Shown here in pieces: positions 48,901 through 63,900 of a stretch of DNA of 64,000 nt. The stretch comes from Phallusia mammillata (lineage: Eukaryota). The stretch lies in NCBI GenBank assembly GCA_965637545.1, contig OZ281494.1, positions 14,880,001 through 14,944,000 on the forward strand. The letters run 5' to 3'. The stretch's first letter is position 1. Each line of letters starts with the position of its first letter. Position numbers and translations under genes: made by a program. Under the pieces are notes generated by a model. That model saw only the letters and a program-made list of their open reading frames with translations. It searched no databases and was not told the origin of the DNA.

Positions 48901-51900
48901 TAAGCCTGCTTTATCGGTGCAACCCGCTTGGCGCTTGCTATACTTCCACCGTCAGAAACGTGATGAAATGTGTGATAAAAACTTAGACAATATCTCCTTA
49001 TCTCTACCAGTGTACGCTATTTGCTGGTCCACTGTACTACGTCTTATGCTTGTGTTTTTTGGTGTTTGCAGTTAAATACGCCTGCGTCTCGGATCCGTGT
49101 GAAAACGGGGGGACTTGCAGAAACGTTGGAAGGGGATTCAGATGTCAGTGTAAAGACGGGTGGACGGGAAAGACTTGCGAAAAGGGTAAGTGCATTTTTA
49201 TCCATTATGTGGGCAATTTGACGATAATTTACCGTAGTGAAGGTTCATAAGGATGTACTGCATATGTTGGTCTGCCGTATTTCGCCTGTCGTATGCTTGT
49301 ATCAGAAAGGGCTTTACTGTCGGAGTACAGACAGATTAGCGTTTCCCTAATGTCTAAACATTGGCTCTATGCCTGAACTCAAGATAATATCTGTGTCGAA
49401 CGCCGACCCTTATGAGGGGAAGCTGGAAATCAGGGCATAAGATGCAAATATTAGCGTTATAAATGACGAGTGGCTGTCGTGTGATGCACCCCGGGCTTCA
49501 CTTGTGAATAATTCACTCGCGTTATCGTGCCTTGATCGCGCTTGCTTATCGGCAGCGAAAATCTCGACAATTTTATTAAATCGCATTGCGCATTTTCGGC
49601 TCTGGCCGGCTGCGTTTGTTTTTCGGCCAGCATGCGTTTACGCAGGAAAGAAGGTTTGTTGTGTTGGTGTCCGCGCGACGGCAGAACGAACACGCTTTTG
49701 TTTTCCCATGGCGCCTAATATGCCACACCTTAGCGGGAAAATCAGACTGCTTAGTGTTGATAAACAAAACTTTTGTTGGATTTCACATTAACGGTGCATT
49801 TATTTCGACTCTTTAAGTATCTACATGGTGATTTTGCACATTGCTACAATGACATGTTTTAAAGCAGTGCTTTCTAAGCTTTCGGACATGCTAAACCCAT
49901 ACGTTGTGTAGTAAGCTAATCAATACCAATCAATTAACTTTCTTAATGCATTTTGTGAAATTTAAGACTTCCGCCGAACGATGGTACATGTTTGTTGGAC
50001 CTTTACGCTATTGAATAGGGGCCAGATAAAACCACTGCTTTGTAGTTGCCTCTGTTAATGCTTTGGCCTGTGCAAGACAGTAAGTCGTTGTGGTATATTT
50101 TAGCCAAAGCAGAGCAAATAATTGTGCGCAAAAAAACTCTGCACAGAGCTGGCACACACGCTTGAACAAAGCAGCAACACCTGCTGTCGAAATCGCCCAT
50201 AACCCCAAAGGTTGTTGTGTCTTCGCCTCTGGAAGCTTGCTGTCGCATTGTTTTCGCTTCGGTCTAACGACTTTCTCTTCCCCATAAGCCCAAAGCCCCC
50301 TGGTCCCTGCTTCCCAGCCAGGCTATAACGGTACGCGCAGCAATATCTCCGGCTATACGGGTCATCTGTCTCCCGCCCTGGGTCGCTGCCGCCCACCAAT
50401 CTATTCTTGCTGGTAGGACTTTCGCAGTTTATAATCGCGTATGCTTTGACACAGTGCAGCCGATGGGGTTTGCGATAACCCACGCTCGCAACACAAGTAT
50501 TTTCGTTTTGCACACCGATAATGGAGTAAAAGAATTCCTGAATACCGAGGTTTTGCTTCTTAACCTGACGCCTTTTGTGACCCCGAGTCCGGCGCATACG
50601 ATCAGTTTTCGGTTAATTAATCACAAATGTCTGAGACATTTTGAGATATTAGCGGGATTTATTTCCGGATGTTTTTAAAATGTGATCCAGGAATCTATAA
50701 AAATCATTTCCGAGTGATTACAATTTTATGTCAGTTTATCTTATATTTAGGGTTTGGGTAAACTAAATGACAGTTTTTTTTGGCATGTGACGTAAGCTTT
50801 TTGGAGGTGCAATACCTATGGGAACCAAATACTTCTTCAAATGGCCTCGCAAAAACGGGAATTTTTAAAAAGACAACACCAACCAATTGGCGTAATCCTT
50901 CGCGCCAGGGGCCCTTTATGTCGCTAGCCCTAGCGAGTGATCTTTAGCAAATCGACATTTCCGTGTTTGTCGGTAAACATGAAACGTCCCAAGTGACACT
51001 CGAAACAGAAGCCGCGTCTCGGGGTCCAGGCCGCGGGCCGCAGTTTTTAGCCAAAGCGGGAACCTGTCAAGGTAAACACAAATAGCAAGCAAGTCATTGG
51101 AGGATCCGGTACACCCATGACGTCACTTTTCTCGTCATGTCGCTGGATTCCCGAAACCCAACGCCTCAGATGTTGCGCTTTTGTTTCCCGTGTGTGGAAA
51201 GACAGCCGGCAATCGATCTGTTGTTGCCGTTTTAATTGAAACAACTTTATCTCGCATTCCCCGTCGCGTCATCATATAGAAGCAGGTGACTCATTAGACG
51301 GAACGTACTCTATCACTCCCACCGTCCCTGACTCACACCGATAGCTGGCGGGTACGGCACCTTTTGCGCGTTTAATTGCCTGTGTCAGGAGACAGGGTGA
51401 AGAATTAAGATGCTTCTGCATGTGAGACTGCGTTTAGTACTTCCACGAGCTCGTCACGCTGTTTCTGACTCGCTGCCAGCATGCGGGATCATGTTACTCC
51501 AGCCTTATGCTGATTGTTTTCCTTTTGCACCCGCTTTCTACTTGACCCAAGGCGCAGGCGGCGAGGCGAGGAGGCGTAGATCGTCAGGTGGTGCAGCGCG
51601 CTCACCCTTACTGGCCCCGCGCACCGCGCCAAACCATTTACGGGTTTCTTTTCCGCGCTGCTACCTCGTCACGTGCCTGTGCGCACGCAGTTGTCATAGC
51701 AATGTGGAACAGAGGTGAAACATTGTGTTAATGACGCCGCGAGATGCTGAAGCTCTTCCGCCGCGTGAAACATGACTGAGCGAACGCTGGAGTGCCGTGG
51801 GAACGTCTGATCGTAGCCTCGCTCGAGTGTCGTGTCCTCAGCCTCATGATCGCTAATTTTTCACGCCCGCTGGCCTACCCTATGTACTCCAGTGCTGCGA

Positions 51901-54900
51901 CATCCATTACGCTGGCTGATCCGCGCCTAAAACGCGACCTGGCTCCGCGCTAATCGCCCCTAACAAGGCCCAAGTGTACTCGGTCACACTCAAGGCACCG
52001 AAATCGAGCCACGCAATAACGCTTTGGATCGGATCGCTGTCGCCCGACCCCTGCGTCCCCATCGCACCCTCTAAGGAGAAAACCGCCGAGTTTACTTTGA
52101 CCAACTTCCCCTGGCGCCGTCAACGACTGTCCGAGGCCCTGAAGTGCGTGTCCATAGCAGTTGGTGTAGCTGACGCACTGTCCCATACGTGTGACTGATC
52201 CGTATGTTCCACTTCTCTCTGCAGATATCGATGATTGCGAGTCCCAGCCGTGCGCCCATGGTGGAGTGTGCAAGGACTTGGTGAACGGATTTTCTTGTCA
52301 ATGCCCGGAACACTGGGAGGGCGTAAACTGTCAGCTTGGTAAGTACCTCAAAGCATGTGTGATTTTTTTGCTTTGATCATATTGATGGACAATTTTACCA
52401 GAAAAGCACACCTGATTTATAACGTATTTGTTTTATGTCAACTATTTGTGTTTTCTGGAGTCTTGTTGTTGCTGAACGTCGTTGGATTAATATGGTCGTC
52501 ATTTTGGACGCATATCCGATTGTTTAGCCTGTGTGCGTGGGAAACAAAGTTGCTGGTTAATATTCTGCGGTTCTCGCGGAAGTCACAATAGAATAGATTT
52601 TCTGTCGCTTCAGAGTGTTTGTTGACTCACATATTTAACGTATGTAACATGCGTTTAGTCGAATGTTCGCACGTTGACTGTTTATGATGTGGAAGGCTTT
52701 CGCCTGTGTCTCGAGCGCTCTCATCGCGACCGAAGTGTCGTGCGAGAAAACCCCGATGTTGACTCAGTGGCGCGCGATGACACCAACAAGTGTATGACAC
52801 TGCCCACTGGATTATCTCCTGTGGCGCCAATCAACACTCGATGCAAAACCGAAGTGACGCCTTAAGACCGGAGCAATGGCCCTCAAACGCGCCCACACGA
52901 TCAGCATGTACCACTGTTTATGATTCGCACCAAATCAAAGCGGCATCACTTCTCGTCCATTAACCGGTTTGCGTTTCGGCTCGAGACCGAAGAACCCGTG
53001 AGAACCCAACGCGCAAAGATCAGCGACATATCCATGGGATTTCGTATTGCGACTGGATCGCACCACCCACACAGTCGAAAATGACGCACTTGAAAATGTC
53101 ACACGTCCCCGTGCTCGCCCAGCCTGTATATAACCAGTAGACTTAATTAAATTCGCCTATTGGCCGGGATTAGGGCAACTTGACACCCCGACGTGTAGAG
53201 CGTTTCCTCATTATAGCTGCAACTCTGCTGGGGTTAAAGTAAGACAAGCGCAAGGCCATATCCTCCGTGACCGTTACTCCCGTTATCGCCTTTAACATCG
53301 AGTATTGGCCGCACAACACGCATCCTTGAAGAGCTTATTTCCTATCGTGTGGTGCCACAACAAGGCCACTAACAGCGCGAAGAAATTTAAGCAACGATTA
53401 GCAAAGTTCATGTCTATGCGTTAACTACAACATGGACTGTTTTCCTGTTTACGTCAAAGGCTCTGCAAACTTGGGAGATTGTAAATAAACCAAGATTTAT
53501 ATGCAAACGGTCGTGTTTACTTTAATTGCTGCAATTGATTCGACTGTATCCGTATTAGGGTTCTTCGCTTTCGTTGCATCATCAACCTTACCTCGCCTTC
53601 GATAATTGTGTCGCGTGTGAACCCGATGCGAGACGCTCCCGCGAGGCCAAGTTTACACCGAATTCCTGGCGTTTAACGTTGCAAGGGGCGCAACTGTCTG
53701 TATACACCGTGCATATACGATTAAAACCCGCTCTGGGTCTCTTCTGCCGCTTGCTGCAAGCCAAGTTTACGCACTTAGGGTTTCTGTTTACAGTTGCTCC
53801 TGCCTCAAGTCTGTTTTTATCCCCCAGCAAAGTCGTGGCAGATCTTCTAATCGGCCGACTTTGGGCTATTTTTGTGACTGCGGTTAAGGGAATCGAACCC
53901 GCAGGCTTTTGTGCCGGTGTGGCGCCTGTCTGTTGTGGCACTCAATTTCGACGCTCGATTTGCAGCTTTGAGCAGCAACCCGCGCTGGCGATCCGATCCT
54001 TCCTTTGTTAGAGACTGAAAGCAGACGCGATGTAATTACCCATCCATCTAAGTGCTTGTTGACGCAATTCAGCGACTAAGGGGTTAGATTTTCTGTTTGG
54101 AGCTTTCAATGCATTGTAACGAACTCACAATTGAAAGGTTTTCGCGCAGAGCCCGGGAAACCGGAGTTAAGGCAGTTGCACCGAGGAATGTTATTGTAGC
54201 GCCACATAAAAACGCGACTTGCACTGGAAGACTTCATTGCTGAGAAACATAAAACGCAGCTTCAATGGCGAGCTGAGAATTTCGAAAATAGAAAATTGAG
54301 AAATGGGAATGACGTTGGTTATTGACAGGCGACAACAGTCATTCGAATTCCCGCATCTGCTGGCTCCACCTCAATTGTGACGTTGAATCGGGAGTCGGTT
54401 GTCGCTCGTGTAACGCTGCCTCTTCGCGCAGACGCTCGCTGGCTGCGTGCACTCGGCTGGAAAGGAATTAGCATTGAAGAGTCGACAACGCTACAGTCAC
54501 AACAGGTCATTAGGAGCTTGGAACTGCGTGCCATCGCAACGAACAATCGACCTTTGTAGGGGGATAACGTGCGTTAGTGGTGCAGGCTTTCTTTGCTGTA
54601 CATACGAGTCCGGGGAACTGTATGATGCTTTATCGGTTATTTAGTGCCTGATCAATGCAATAAGTTTAAACCCAGTGACAATTAAATGTCTAATATAACA
54701 CATTAGAAATTGTTTATTAGTAACCACCACGGCTTAAATCCAGCGTTTAGACTATAGGTATTAACTCATCCGTTTTCTGAGCCCTTCCGCCGCGGATTAA
54801 ATGTTGCATGTAAGTGATCGAGGTTTGTTAAACGCCTTCAAGCCACAGCCTGCGGTTTTCCCACACCGGCCCGGACACAGTGAGGCGAGACGCTTGTCTC

Positions 54901-57900
54901 GATTTCGGACGGGCGAAAAGATACCGCACTTAATTGCTCACCACTCAGCGAGAAATTAACACCAGAAAGTCAGCGATTTTTTTACCTAATAAAGACCGGA
55001 ATAAGACAACAATGACAACCAGCTTACGCGCGCTCCAGGTGATACAGTTGTACTTACAAGTTATAGCTCTGGTAGGTCTATAGTCGGTTTATAGTGTTTT
55101 TCAGATAGTTTATCGACGAAAAAAAAAACTCGCTGAACTTTGTGGCTGACATGAGACCTCTGTATATTCGCGTTAATACTCTGTATATTCTCTATATATT
55201 AGCGTTTGGAAATATCCCTACCAGCAGCTTAGTAACTCATCGGCACCAATTGACCAGTAATCAAGCTTTTTCCCAAAGTTCTCCGACAGTAAACGTTTGT
55301 CCGCAAGATTGGTACATAAAACATGGCTTGGACGGACTTTGTGTATTGAAAGTTACCAGTGGAAGCATAGCAACGTTAATGGCCCTGATGGTGGTGTGGT
55401 GTTCGTCACCATCTCAGCCAGTTAACACGTCCCGGCACGTCTCGTCCATCTCTGCCGCCTCTACACTTCGCCTGCGCCTCACACTTTGCGCCGAGGGCGG
55501 CAGGAATTTCACCGCGCATTGTTGGAGCGCACCGTTCCCACGTTCACCGAATTGCTTCACTCAGGCCGCTTAAAATCGCAGCGAAATTCCGCGCTCGCTC
55601 TGTTTTCCTTGCATGCTTGTAGGCGTATAGATCATCAAAGCCGTAACGGATATTCTCTGAACAAATGTGACTGTTTACACCTATATGTCACCACCGCACG
55701 TACCTTATGTCAAAGCCATGTTGTAAAAGTCTTGACGAAGTGTTTGTGAGCAAGTTTTGTGCAGCTAACTATAGAACACATTTGTAAACGGGTTTTGTCA
55801 CTGTCAGCATTTTTTTCGGCTTTTCCGGTTGGTAATGTTATTGAAAAGAGTGGATGTTTTTTCCATCACGGATTTTTTTCTTATCAGATAAGAACGAATG
55901 CAACAACAGTCCTTGTGTCCACGCCCGAAGCTGCCACAACCTCCCAGGGAAATATCACTGTGTGTGTGAACCCGGCTGGGACGGACGGAACTGTGATATC
56001 AGTGAGTTAAAAACAGACTTTGCTGTTAGCACATCGGTTCCTGTTTCTCACCATAGTTCTAAATTTGAGCTCAAAATTACCAACTTTTAATACAGAATTT
56101 TGTTTTTTGTATGAACTACGCCTTTACTGGAACACATTGTGTTTCTCGGATTACTTCTAACACCGTTTTTATCTTAAATTATTCAGATGTCAACGACTGC
56201 AATGGACAGTGCAAGAACGGGGCAACATGCGTGGTAAGTTATAACACGATTTCCCTTTGCGTAACCACAGCACAATTTGCGAACCCGCAGCGCATTTCCT
56301 AACACCACAAACTCATTAGTACCCAGTTGGTAACCCGCTAATCCCGTTAAGAATTAGTGAGCAAGCCGTGAGTGGCCGGAACTTGTATTTCGACCTGGGA
56401 TGACAAAGCAGATTACGGACTATGTTTCTGACATCCTCGCTTGGTTCCACTGGCGGGTGGCCCAGTGCTGGGCACATCAAAGGTTGCTAATACAACACGC
56501 CGAATTTCCCACCATAAAAATGATAATTTTCCGCTTGTTCGGCGATTGCACTGTTTCAGCATAGCACCGAAAATCGACTCGCAATCCCAACAGTTATTTC
56601 AGCAGGCTGCGACAATCTTTTGTCGTCGGCACTCCAGCTTGTCCGCGCGCTTATGTTGCCTAGGCACTGTTTTATTGATACTTCGGATTTGTCGCTCGTA
56701 CATCGCCATAATCGCGCCGTTATTGAAAAACATATATCCGCCATGCCAAGATCCGACTCCGGGCGTCTTTTGAAGCCCGCCTCGCGGCTTTGCTGCTTGT
56801 TTTCGCACCTGTACGCTTTGTCGCACGAACAGCCAACACATATATGGCGTCATCGAAGTCACTAATGTGTTTCAAGGGCCGAGCTGTGTATATACCACTG
56901 GTTACAAACCCGTCATGTGGTGTCGAGTGGCTGGGTTTTGTGTCGTTATGGCGCCACGTCGGTTGTCCCGGCAAAAGCAGGGCGAAAATGGCAAAACGCG
57001 ACGATTATTGCGATTACAGTTGCGTTTGCTTAAGCCGCGCGCCCTCGACGACAAATTGACGCGCTATTTCGGGCTGTTTCGAGTCCCAGGTTGAAAGCCG
57101 CCGCCGAACCCTCTAGTTCTCGCGAACGCTTTGTTGTTGGCAAGTTTGTGTTGAAAATGAACTTGTGCCATCTCGCGAACTTTGCCAAGGCCTTTAATCG
57201 GCGCGGAATTGTTGTAATTTCAATAGCGCGGGACATTCGTTCATCGAGAAAGGTCGTACCCACCGTTACGGGATAATCGATGTAGAAACGCAACCTCCAT
57301 ATAGCTGTATTATTATAGGTAATTTCAATTTTCATGTACGCCATCTGCCTTAATACCTTATAGTGTGCTAAAAACTTGGTCTTATTTTTTGTTTTTATAA
57401 TAAAAATATTTTTTCATAGGATCGAGTCAATGGTTTTACGTGTATGTGTGCTTTGGGATTTGAGGGAAGAACTTGTGAAATCAACACCAACGACTGTGCG
57501 GACGACCCATGTCTTCAAGGCGGTCAATGCGTTGATGGTGTCAACGACTTTCAATGCATTTGTCCAGCCGGCTATTCCGGCAAAAGCTGCCAGGCAAGTA
57601 AAACTTGATTTTGAGCGAATTATAGCTTTAGTGCTAGTATTGCTTGTTATATGGACCAAAAACGGCCATTTTAAGGAAGTTTTGTTGAAGCCAAATTTTA
57701 CCAGGACAATAGAACACAGTAATCAGATTTTCTATAACGCCAGTCGAGTTGAAAGAGTTCGATTCACTAGCAATCGCACCATCAGGCCCATTGGACAATC
57801 ACCACCACTACCCATGTCCCGCCGCATCAGTACGCCATCAAACGACTGGGCGATTGTGACATTAGCTTGTGTGCCTGGTTGCTTTCACAAAAACACCGCG

Positions 57901-60900
57901 CCTTTTGTGAGCCAGAGAACGACAAATTAATCATCAAACGAGTCGATCAAGTCTCCCCACCCCCCGTGTTTATCGCACCCAGTGCCTGGAATTCTTAGAT
58001 TTTTACCAAGATTGTTGTCACGTACGTTTGTCCTTGACATTGGCCAGAAGGCGAGACGTGTTGGCGTATAACTGGTCTATATATGGCCGTGACACATTAT
58101 CCACAAAAAATATCGTAATGAGCACAAGCACTGGCTCCAGCACCCCGATATTACGCGCTATTGTCCCTGTACCCCTAAGCCCGGCGATGTGGGGGAGCAT
58201 GCTGTCTGATGCTTGGTGATGGGGAGGGGGGTCAGGGTCGATTGCCTAAAGGTCGGGCGTCGTATAATAACGGGGTCTGAGGGGCCGCGACATTCATCGC
58301 ATGAGCGGGCCGTCGTCAATAATTTATAGCTCACGTTGTATATGAGCGTGCACCAGCCACACACAGACAACAGATCATAAAAATAGGAATCTTTGCTATT
58401 TGTTAATTGGCGCCGTCCGACACACGAACGCATTCGATTATAAAGTCACCGTAAGTTGGCTATTCTTACAGTAAAGTTCGTAACACAGGTTTATTGTAAC
58501 TTAATCACCCTGGAATGATCTATAAACACCTCCCAACCAGTAATTACTTCACTTTTGTGCGACGTGAAAATCCGTCTTCGCCTGAGCAGAACCGTAGCCC
58601 TGTTGAACTTCATTCGAAAAAAAGTGCATCTGTTTTGCCCGGAATCCCGCACATTTATTATTTATCGACTTGACCTTAGCGCGAAAAGAAGCGAACTCAT
58701 AATTTTGTCAGCATCTGCCAAGCGCACCGGGCCTTTTGGAACACAAGAAAATAAGCGAACAGGCTGCACCGACGCCATATCAATAAAAATTCATGTTTGC
58801 CCTGGGCTAAAATTGAATACCTGGCATATGTTGTTTGCCCGTTTGCTCAATAATTGCGCGTAAATCGCTGTGCTGTAATGTTTCTGTATCAGCCCGGAAA
58901 CGTTTAAGATGCAAGCAACCAGGACTAGTGTATTTTTAAACCACGGCTTTTCCTTTCTACCCGTTTGATATTTTTATACCGGGAGAAGCTTGACATTGGA
59001 AATTGCTAAAATTTTCCCTTTTCTATTTAACTGAAACCGATACAGTTAAGAGCCTAAACCTATCGTTTATGTGGTGTTGGTGAGGTATTAGAATTTCATA
59101 TGCTTCGTTTTTGGCCCGTTTCTAAGGATTGCCTCTATTTAAGGCCATCTTGGTAATGACACTGCTAAATTTGGCCACATAAAAGGACAACCTGGAGGTT
59201 TTTACACCCACGGCAAACGGCTTTTGAAACTAGAGCCAAAGACCCCTTTTGAATTGTTTATACCTAGTCGATTTTGACCGTTGTTTTGTGCTTGCTTTAC
59301 ACAGCTTGAGGAGGGCTACTGCGAACCGAACCCTTGTCAAAACGGAGCTGAGTGCTTCAACCGAAACAACGATTATTACTGCAACTGCAGCTCAAAGTTT
59401 GAAGGAAAGAATTGCTCTCGCCTACGCAACGATTGCGAACACAAGACTTGTCAAGGTAAAAATTAAACAACAAATTGAATTCCTGGTCAGTCATACCGAC
59501 GGTTTACAACACAGACACGCCAGTATTTCTACCTAAACTGTAGGAATAAACCTGTTACTGCGATAAGGTTTAAACCAATGAACGTAGCCCGTCCGAGATT
59601 GGCTCCTTGGTGAATAACCCATCAGCCAAAGCTGAAATGTTTGTTGCAAAATTTATCAAATTTGCGGCGGTGTCATCTGAGGTGCACAATCGACTTTTGA
59701 TTTGCACCAGCACCGGTTAAGCTCATAATGACGGTAACTGGGCGATACCCGCTTGCGTCACACTGCACACCGGGTTATATTAAAATGAACTTGCCAGGCG
59801 ACCGCTTCCGCCTCTAATTGCTGGTTGCTCAGGTGGTCGGCGAGAAATCTGCATTCGCGCGATGGTTGAACTGTGTAATTTGTCGACCAAATCGGCTTTG
59901 CCTGTTGCGCGAAACAGAAGATTAAAATCCAAACATCGTATTTGCTATTAAATAAACCGCGGCGTCCGTTAACTACACCAAGTTCAATTAAATCATACGC
60001 ACTTATATTAAGTTAAACGTGGCCTGGTGTACTTTAACAAAAAACGCGGCCTGGTGACTTTAACACAAGCCGAAAAAAAAACGACTTATATAGTCCTCGG
60101 GGTCGCACGCTTGTAATCCTACTTCATAGTTTTTATCCCGAATAGGTGACGTGATCCCGGCTCGTCATTCACGTCAACCCGACCGCGCTCACCTACATTG
60201 TTACGTCATAGTGTCGGAGTGTGGGAATCGCGCGCCCTTCGAAATATCTCTGGTGTAATTACTTCGGAATGTTAGTGAGATCTCGTCTCTGATCGTCCAA
60301 TACACTTTTGACAGCAATTCTTACCGGCGATTGAACCAGCTCAATCAAGATTATAATTGATATGAGTTAAGCGCATGCCGCTCTGTCTTCTATTCACGTG
60401 TCGTTGCCACCATCGAGGCTTAATTCCAATAAGTGTTGCGTATATTGGCCAAAAACTTGAATTTGCACTATAACTTTCTTGTTGCATTGCCTGCGATTAG
60501 TTTCCATGTGCGGTAAAATTACTTCAAAGGGAACCGAACTCTAAAAAACTCGAGACCTGAGCCTCGTTGCAAACGATTGAAGTACGGAGAAACGGTTGCG
60601 ATTTATTCTCTGTCGTCTGACGGACAGCGACAAGTCGTCGATGTAATTCGCGACCGCGATATGCCTCCAATTATGACAAATATAGAATGTTCACGTGTCC
60701 TTCAATCACCCAGTTTTGTAACTTTTCCGTTTAACCAGGTTTTGATGTTCACCTTGAAGTTTTGTGACTCATAGTATGCGTTTGACATCAAGCGTCTTTT
60801 AAAAAACTCTTACATCATACATTTTATGTTCATAAATCGGTTTGTTCAACTAGCATTGGCCTGATTGGGTGATGCTCCTTAAGCTCATGTTGTAATTGGA

Positions 60901-63900
60901 ATTTCTATTTATCTGCAGTGATTGACAGTTGTACGATTCACGTGCCTTCTAACAAGACTGCTCGGGGATATGTCATCCAAGAGAGTGGCGTGTGTGGCAA
61001 GCGTGGAACCTGCGTCAGCCTGCCTGGCAACCAATACAAATGCCAGTGTCAAGGCGGATATGAAGGACTACACTGCGAATTAAGTAAGTACTAATTGGCC
61101 AGACAATGTTCCTTCGTGTTAAGTGTATTAGCCGTAAAGGTATTTCTCGTTAATTGCAAGTTGACTTAACTATTCCGGATTTCATGTGCAGACTTTAAGT
61201 GCGCACATTTAATATTCATTTGAACCAACTATTTTGCTCACACCCTTACTATATGCCACCTAGGCCTAAACCTCGCCCATAGCATGTACATCACTCAGTA
61301 GCAACACCTGTCGCCACAGTAGTTGTCTTAAAATAAAATCTCAGTCAACAGTGGGGCGGGCAAAACGGGCGACAATTTTTGCCGAGTTTATTCAGACAGC
61401 AACTTCCGCGGTTCGCCTCGCTTCGCCGCCCTTCAAATGAAAACTAACTGTTAAGCTGGGCCACGCACATATGTGGACACACAGATTGCATTGGCTACGT
61501 TGTGATCATTTAGCGACCTACATTGTATTTATGTTGGTGCTTTGCTGGGACAACACACCCATGTGTATATTTTGTTTCAGTTTTTCTGTTTGGATAGAAA
61601 CACGCCGTATGGCCAATGAGTCTTTTACTCTTTGTCATATTTGTCAAGGCATTAAAAGGAACAATAAGGGAATAGAAATTTTGAAAGTAAAAATACACAA
61701 ACGGAACGGAATTGAACTAAGGTCGATGAAAAATCTTAAGATTTTGTTTTCACTTCTAACATAAATTTCCAAACGCAAACATTCAGCTATTTTTGTGCAG
61801 TGTAACAGATTGTTATCATCGGTAAACATATGTTGCTGAAGTAGGACTATTTTAACGTTGTGTTGCATTTAAAAGACGTACTGTTCATTGCGGTTTGACG
61901 GTATTTGCCTTTTAATCAAGTTTTATAGCGTAAGTTATTTGGACGTTCAGAGCGGAATTGAAGCGGCACGCTGTGACAGGCGGCAATTCTGGCCGAACAA
62001 ACGATCGCCGTTGTCTCAGCTATTCTCGTGTTTACGTTACCAAGCATGGCGCGTATCCCACCAGCCCAGCAACCCCCAGAAAAAAAGCGAAACTGTTCCG
62101 GCGTGCGAGTTGCATCTCCCCCTCAGCCACACGTTAGTTCTCCCATGACTGAGCGCGTTTATCGAATAGACCGTCGGTGTCAGGTTTTGCAGTATGTTGT
62201 CTTTTGCCAGGCTCGCTGGACAGGCGACGATCGGCGGTCTGTGTGTAAAGGCTGTTGGCGGATTTGTCCATAACCCCCGCTTGCAGTTTTCCGGATTAGT
62301 GCTCCGGTCTGCCCTGGGGCAACGCTTGTCTGGCAACAATAACATGCCCCCGCCCCCTCTGCTTGGTGATGACCGACGAACGGTCGAAACTATTCGCCTA
62401 ATTGCTCTTTGAACGGAAGCGCCACGTTTGGGCCGAGTACTCGATTTGCCGTGACGCTTCTTAGGGCCCAGGGTTTGGGTGGCCGACGACACTACATACA
62501 TCACAGTCAGAGTGATGTGCCATACTGGTACACTGCCCACTTTGCTGCAAAGTAATGCATATGTTTATAAAAATCATCATTTGCCTTGTACGGCTATAGC
62601 TAGCTATGAAACCCTAGTAATGCAATGTTCTTTTATCATCGGTGTTAAGAATTGGTCGCCAGGTCTCACACATAGTACTTTGAGATTTTTCATTTTCTTG
62701 GGACAAAAACGTACTGAGAGAACAGATTACTAATTGCTCACTTATTTTCCTATACCTCGCCTACGCAAGAAGTATCGCGTTATTGTGTCATGCCAGCCAA
62801 ACTGTGACCACGCGTCACAACTTACAATCGAAATTTGTATCTTTAAACATTTGCTCCACCAATTTTGTCGTTAAAGTCGTCCAATCGGAACCTCCGCTAG
62901 TGCAGGTGGTCGACCGGGCCCTAAAGTGTCCGGTTACTAGTAGTCGCTGCCTCCTCAGATCACACGTTGGTGGTCAAATAAGCCAGGGCCTAGTTGACCT
63001 GTCATTGAATTATTGATCGGCCACCATTAAATTCGCAAATAGCCCTATAGTGATGTCACGCTTTGAATGACAAGGTGTATGCACCCGTGACACCAGCAAA
63101 TGACCGTATTTTGACTGCTTCACTGCTATTCGTACTAGAATAGGTAAATTAGGGATTTTTATAGCGCGTGTCAGTTCGCCTATTTAACCATGCGCAGTTA
63201 AAACAACAGCGTTCTTGGTCCAGCGGCAATTTGACCCCACTGCGCCGAGCGATCTCGTCTTGGGTTCCCGGCTTGCGGAGTGATTTATAATCGGTGCGTT
63301 AAAATGCACGCATTCAACGGACAAGACGATTAACCCCCAGGCACACGTGATTAGTTCGGCAAACAAGCACCCAAACCACAGTCATTTGTCTGTGGGCCGA
63401 GCGGTAATCTTTGTCGGTCGTTGGGGATCCGGCCTCTGCAAATAGCAACCCTCGTACCCTTGAATTAAAAACGATTTCCGTCGCCATACACGTACCTGCA
63501 GTTTCACAGACCTAGACTTAAATGCTTGTTCAAAATGGCCGACAGAAAATTGCCACGTTTCCTCACGAAAATCGAAACGTTCGTTTTCAATAAATGTCAG
63601 TTACCAGAATGCTAATACTGGATTTCATGGGTAGTAAATTTGTGTGTGGACATTTTCTTGAAGTGTTTTATATATTGAACAGGGGTTTATGAAAATCCTA
63701 TTAACCTACCGATTTACCCAACCCTACCCAAGATATCCTAAAAATACATGAACATATCGTTTTCATTATTTTCAATAGAATTAGCATGAAGTATTTTATG
63801 CATTATTTTGCTGTTTGCACTCACTCACACTGATGCGTTTTCTTTTCCAGGCACCAACGACTGCACATCGAGTCTTTGTTTAAATGGCGGGACCTGTATC

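Noticed and set aside
55142-55573. ORF containing CPQDWY..LC, resembling a C-type lectin start
   Set aside because: No downstream lectin motifs (WIGL, EPN/QPD, WND), a GTG start, and it lies in a Jagged intron.
62037-62540. 167-aa minus-strand ORF with a hydrophobic N-terminus and KKR, resembling a peptide precursor
   Set aside because: It starts at GTG, lies in GC-rich intronic DNA where long chance ORFs are common, and has no repeated peptide or amidation pattern.
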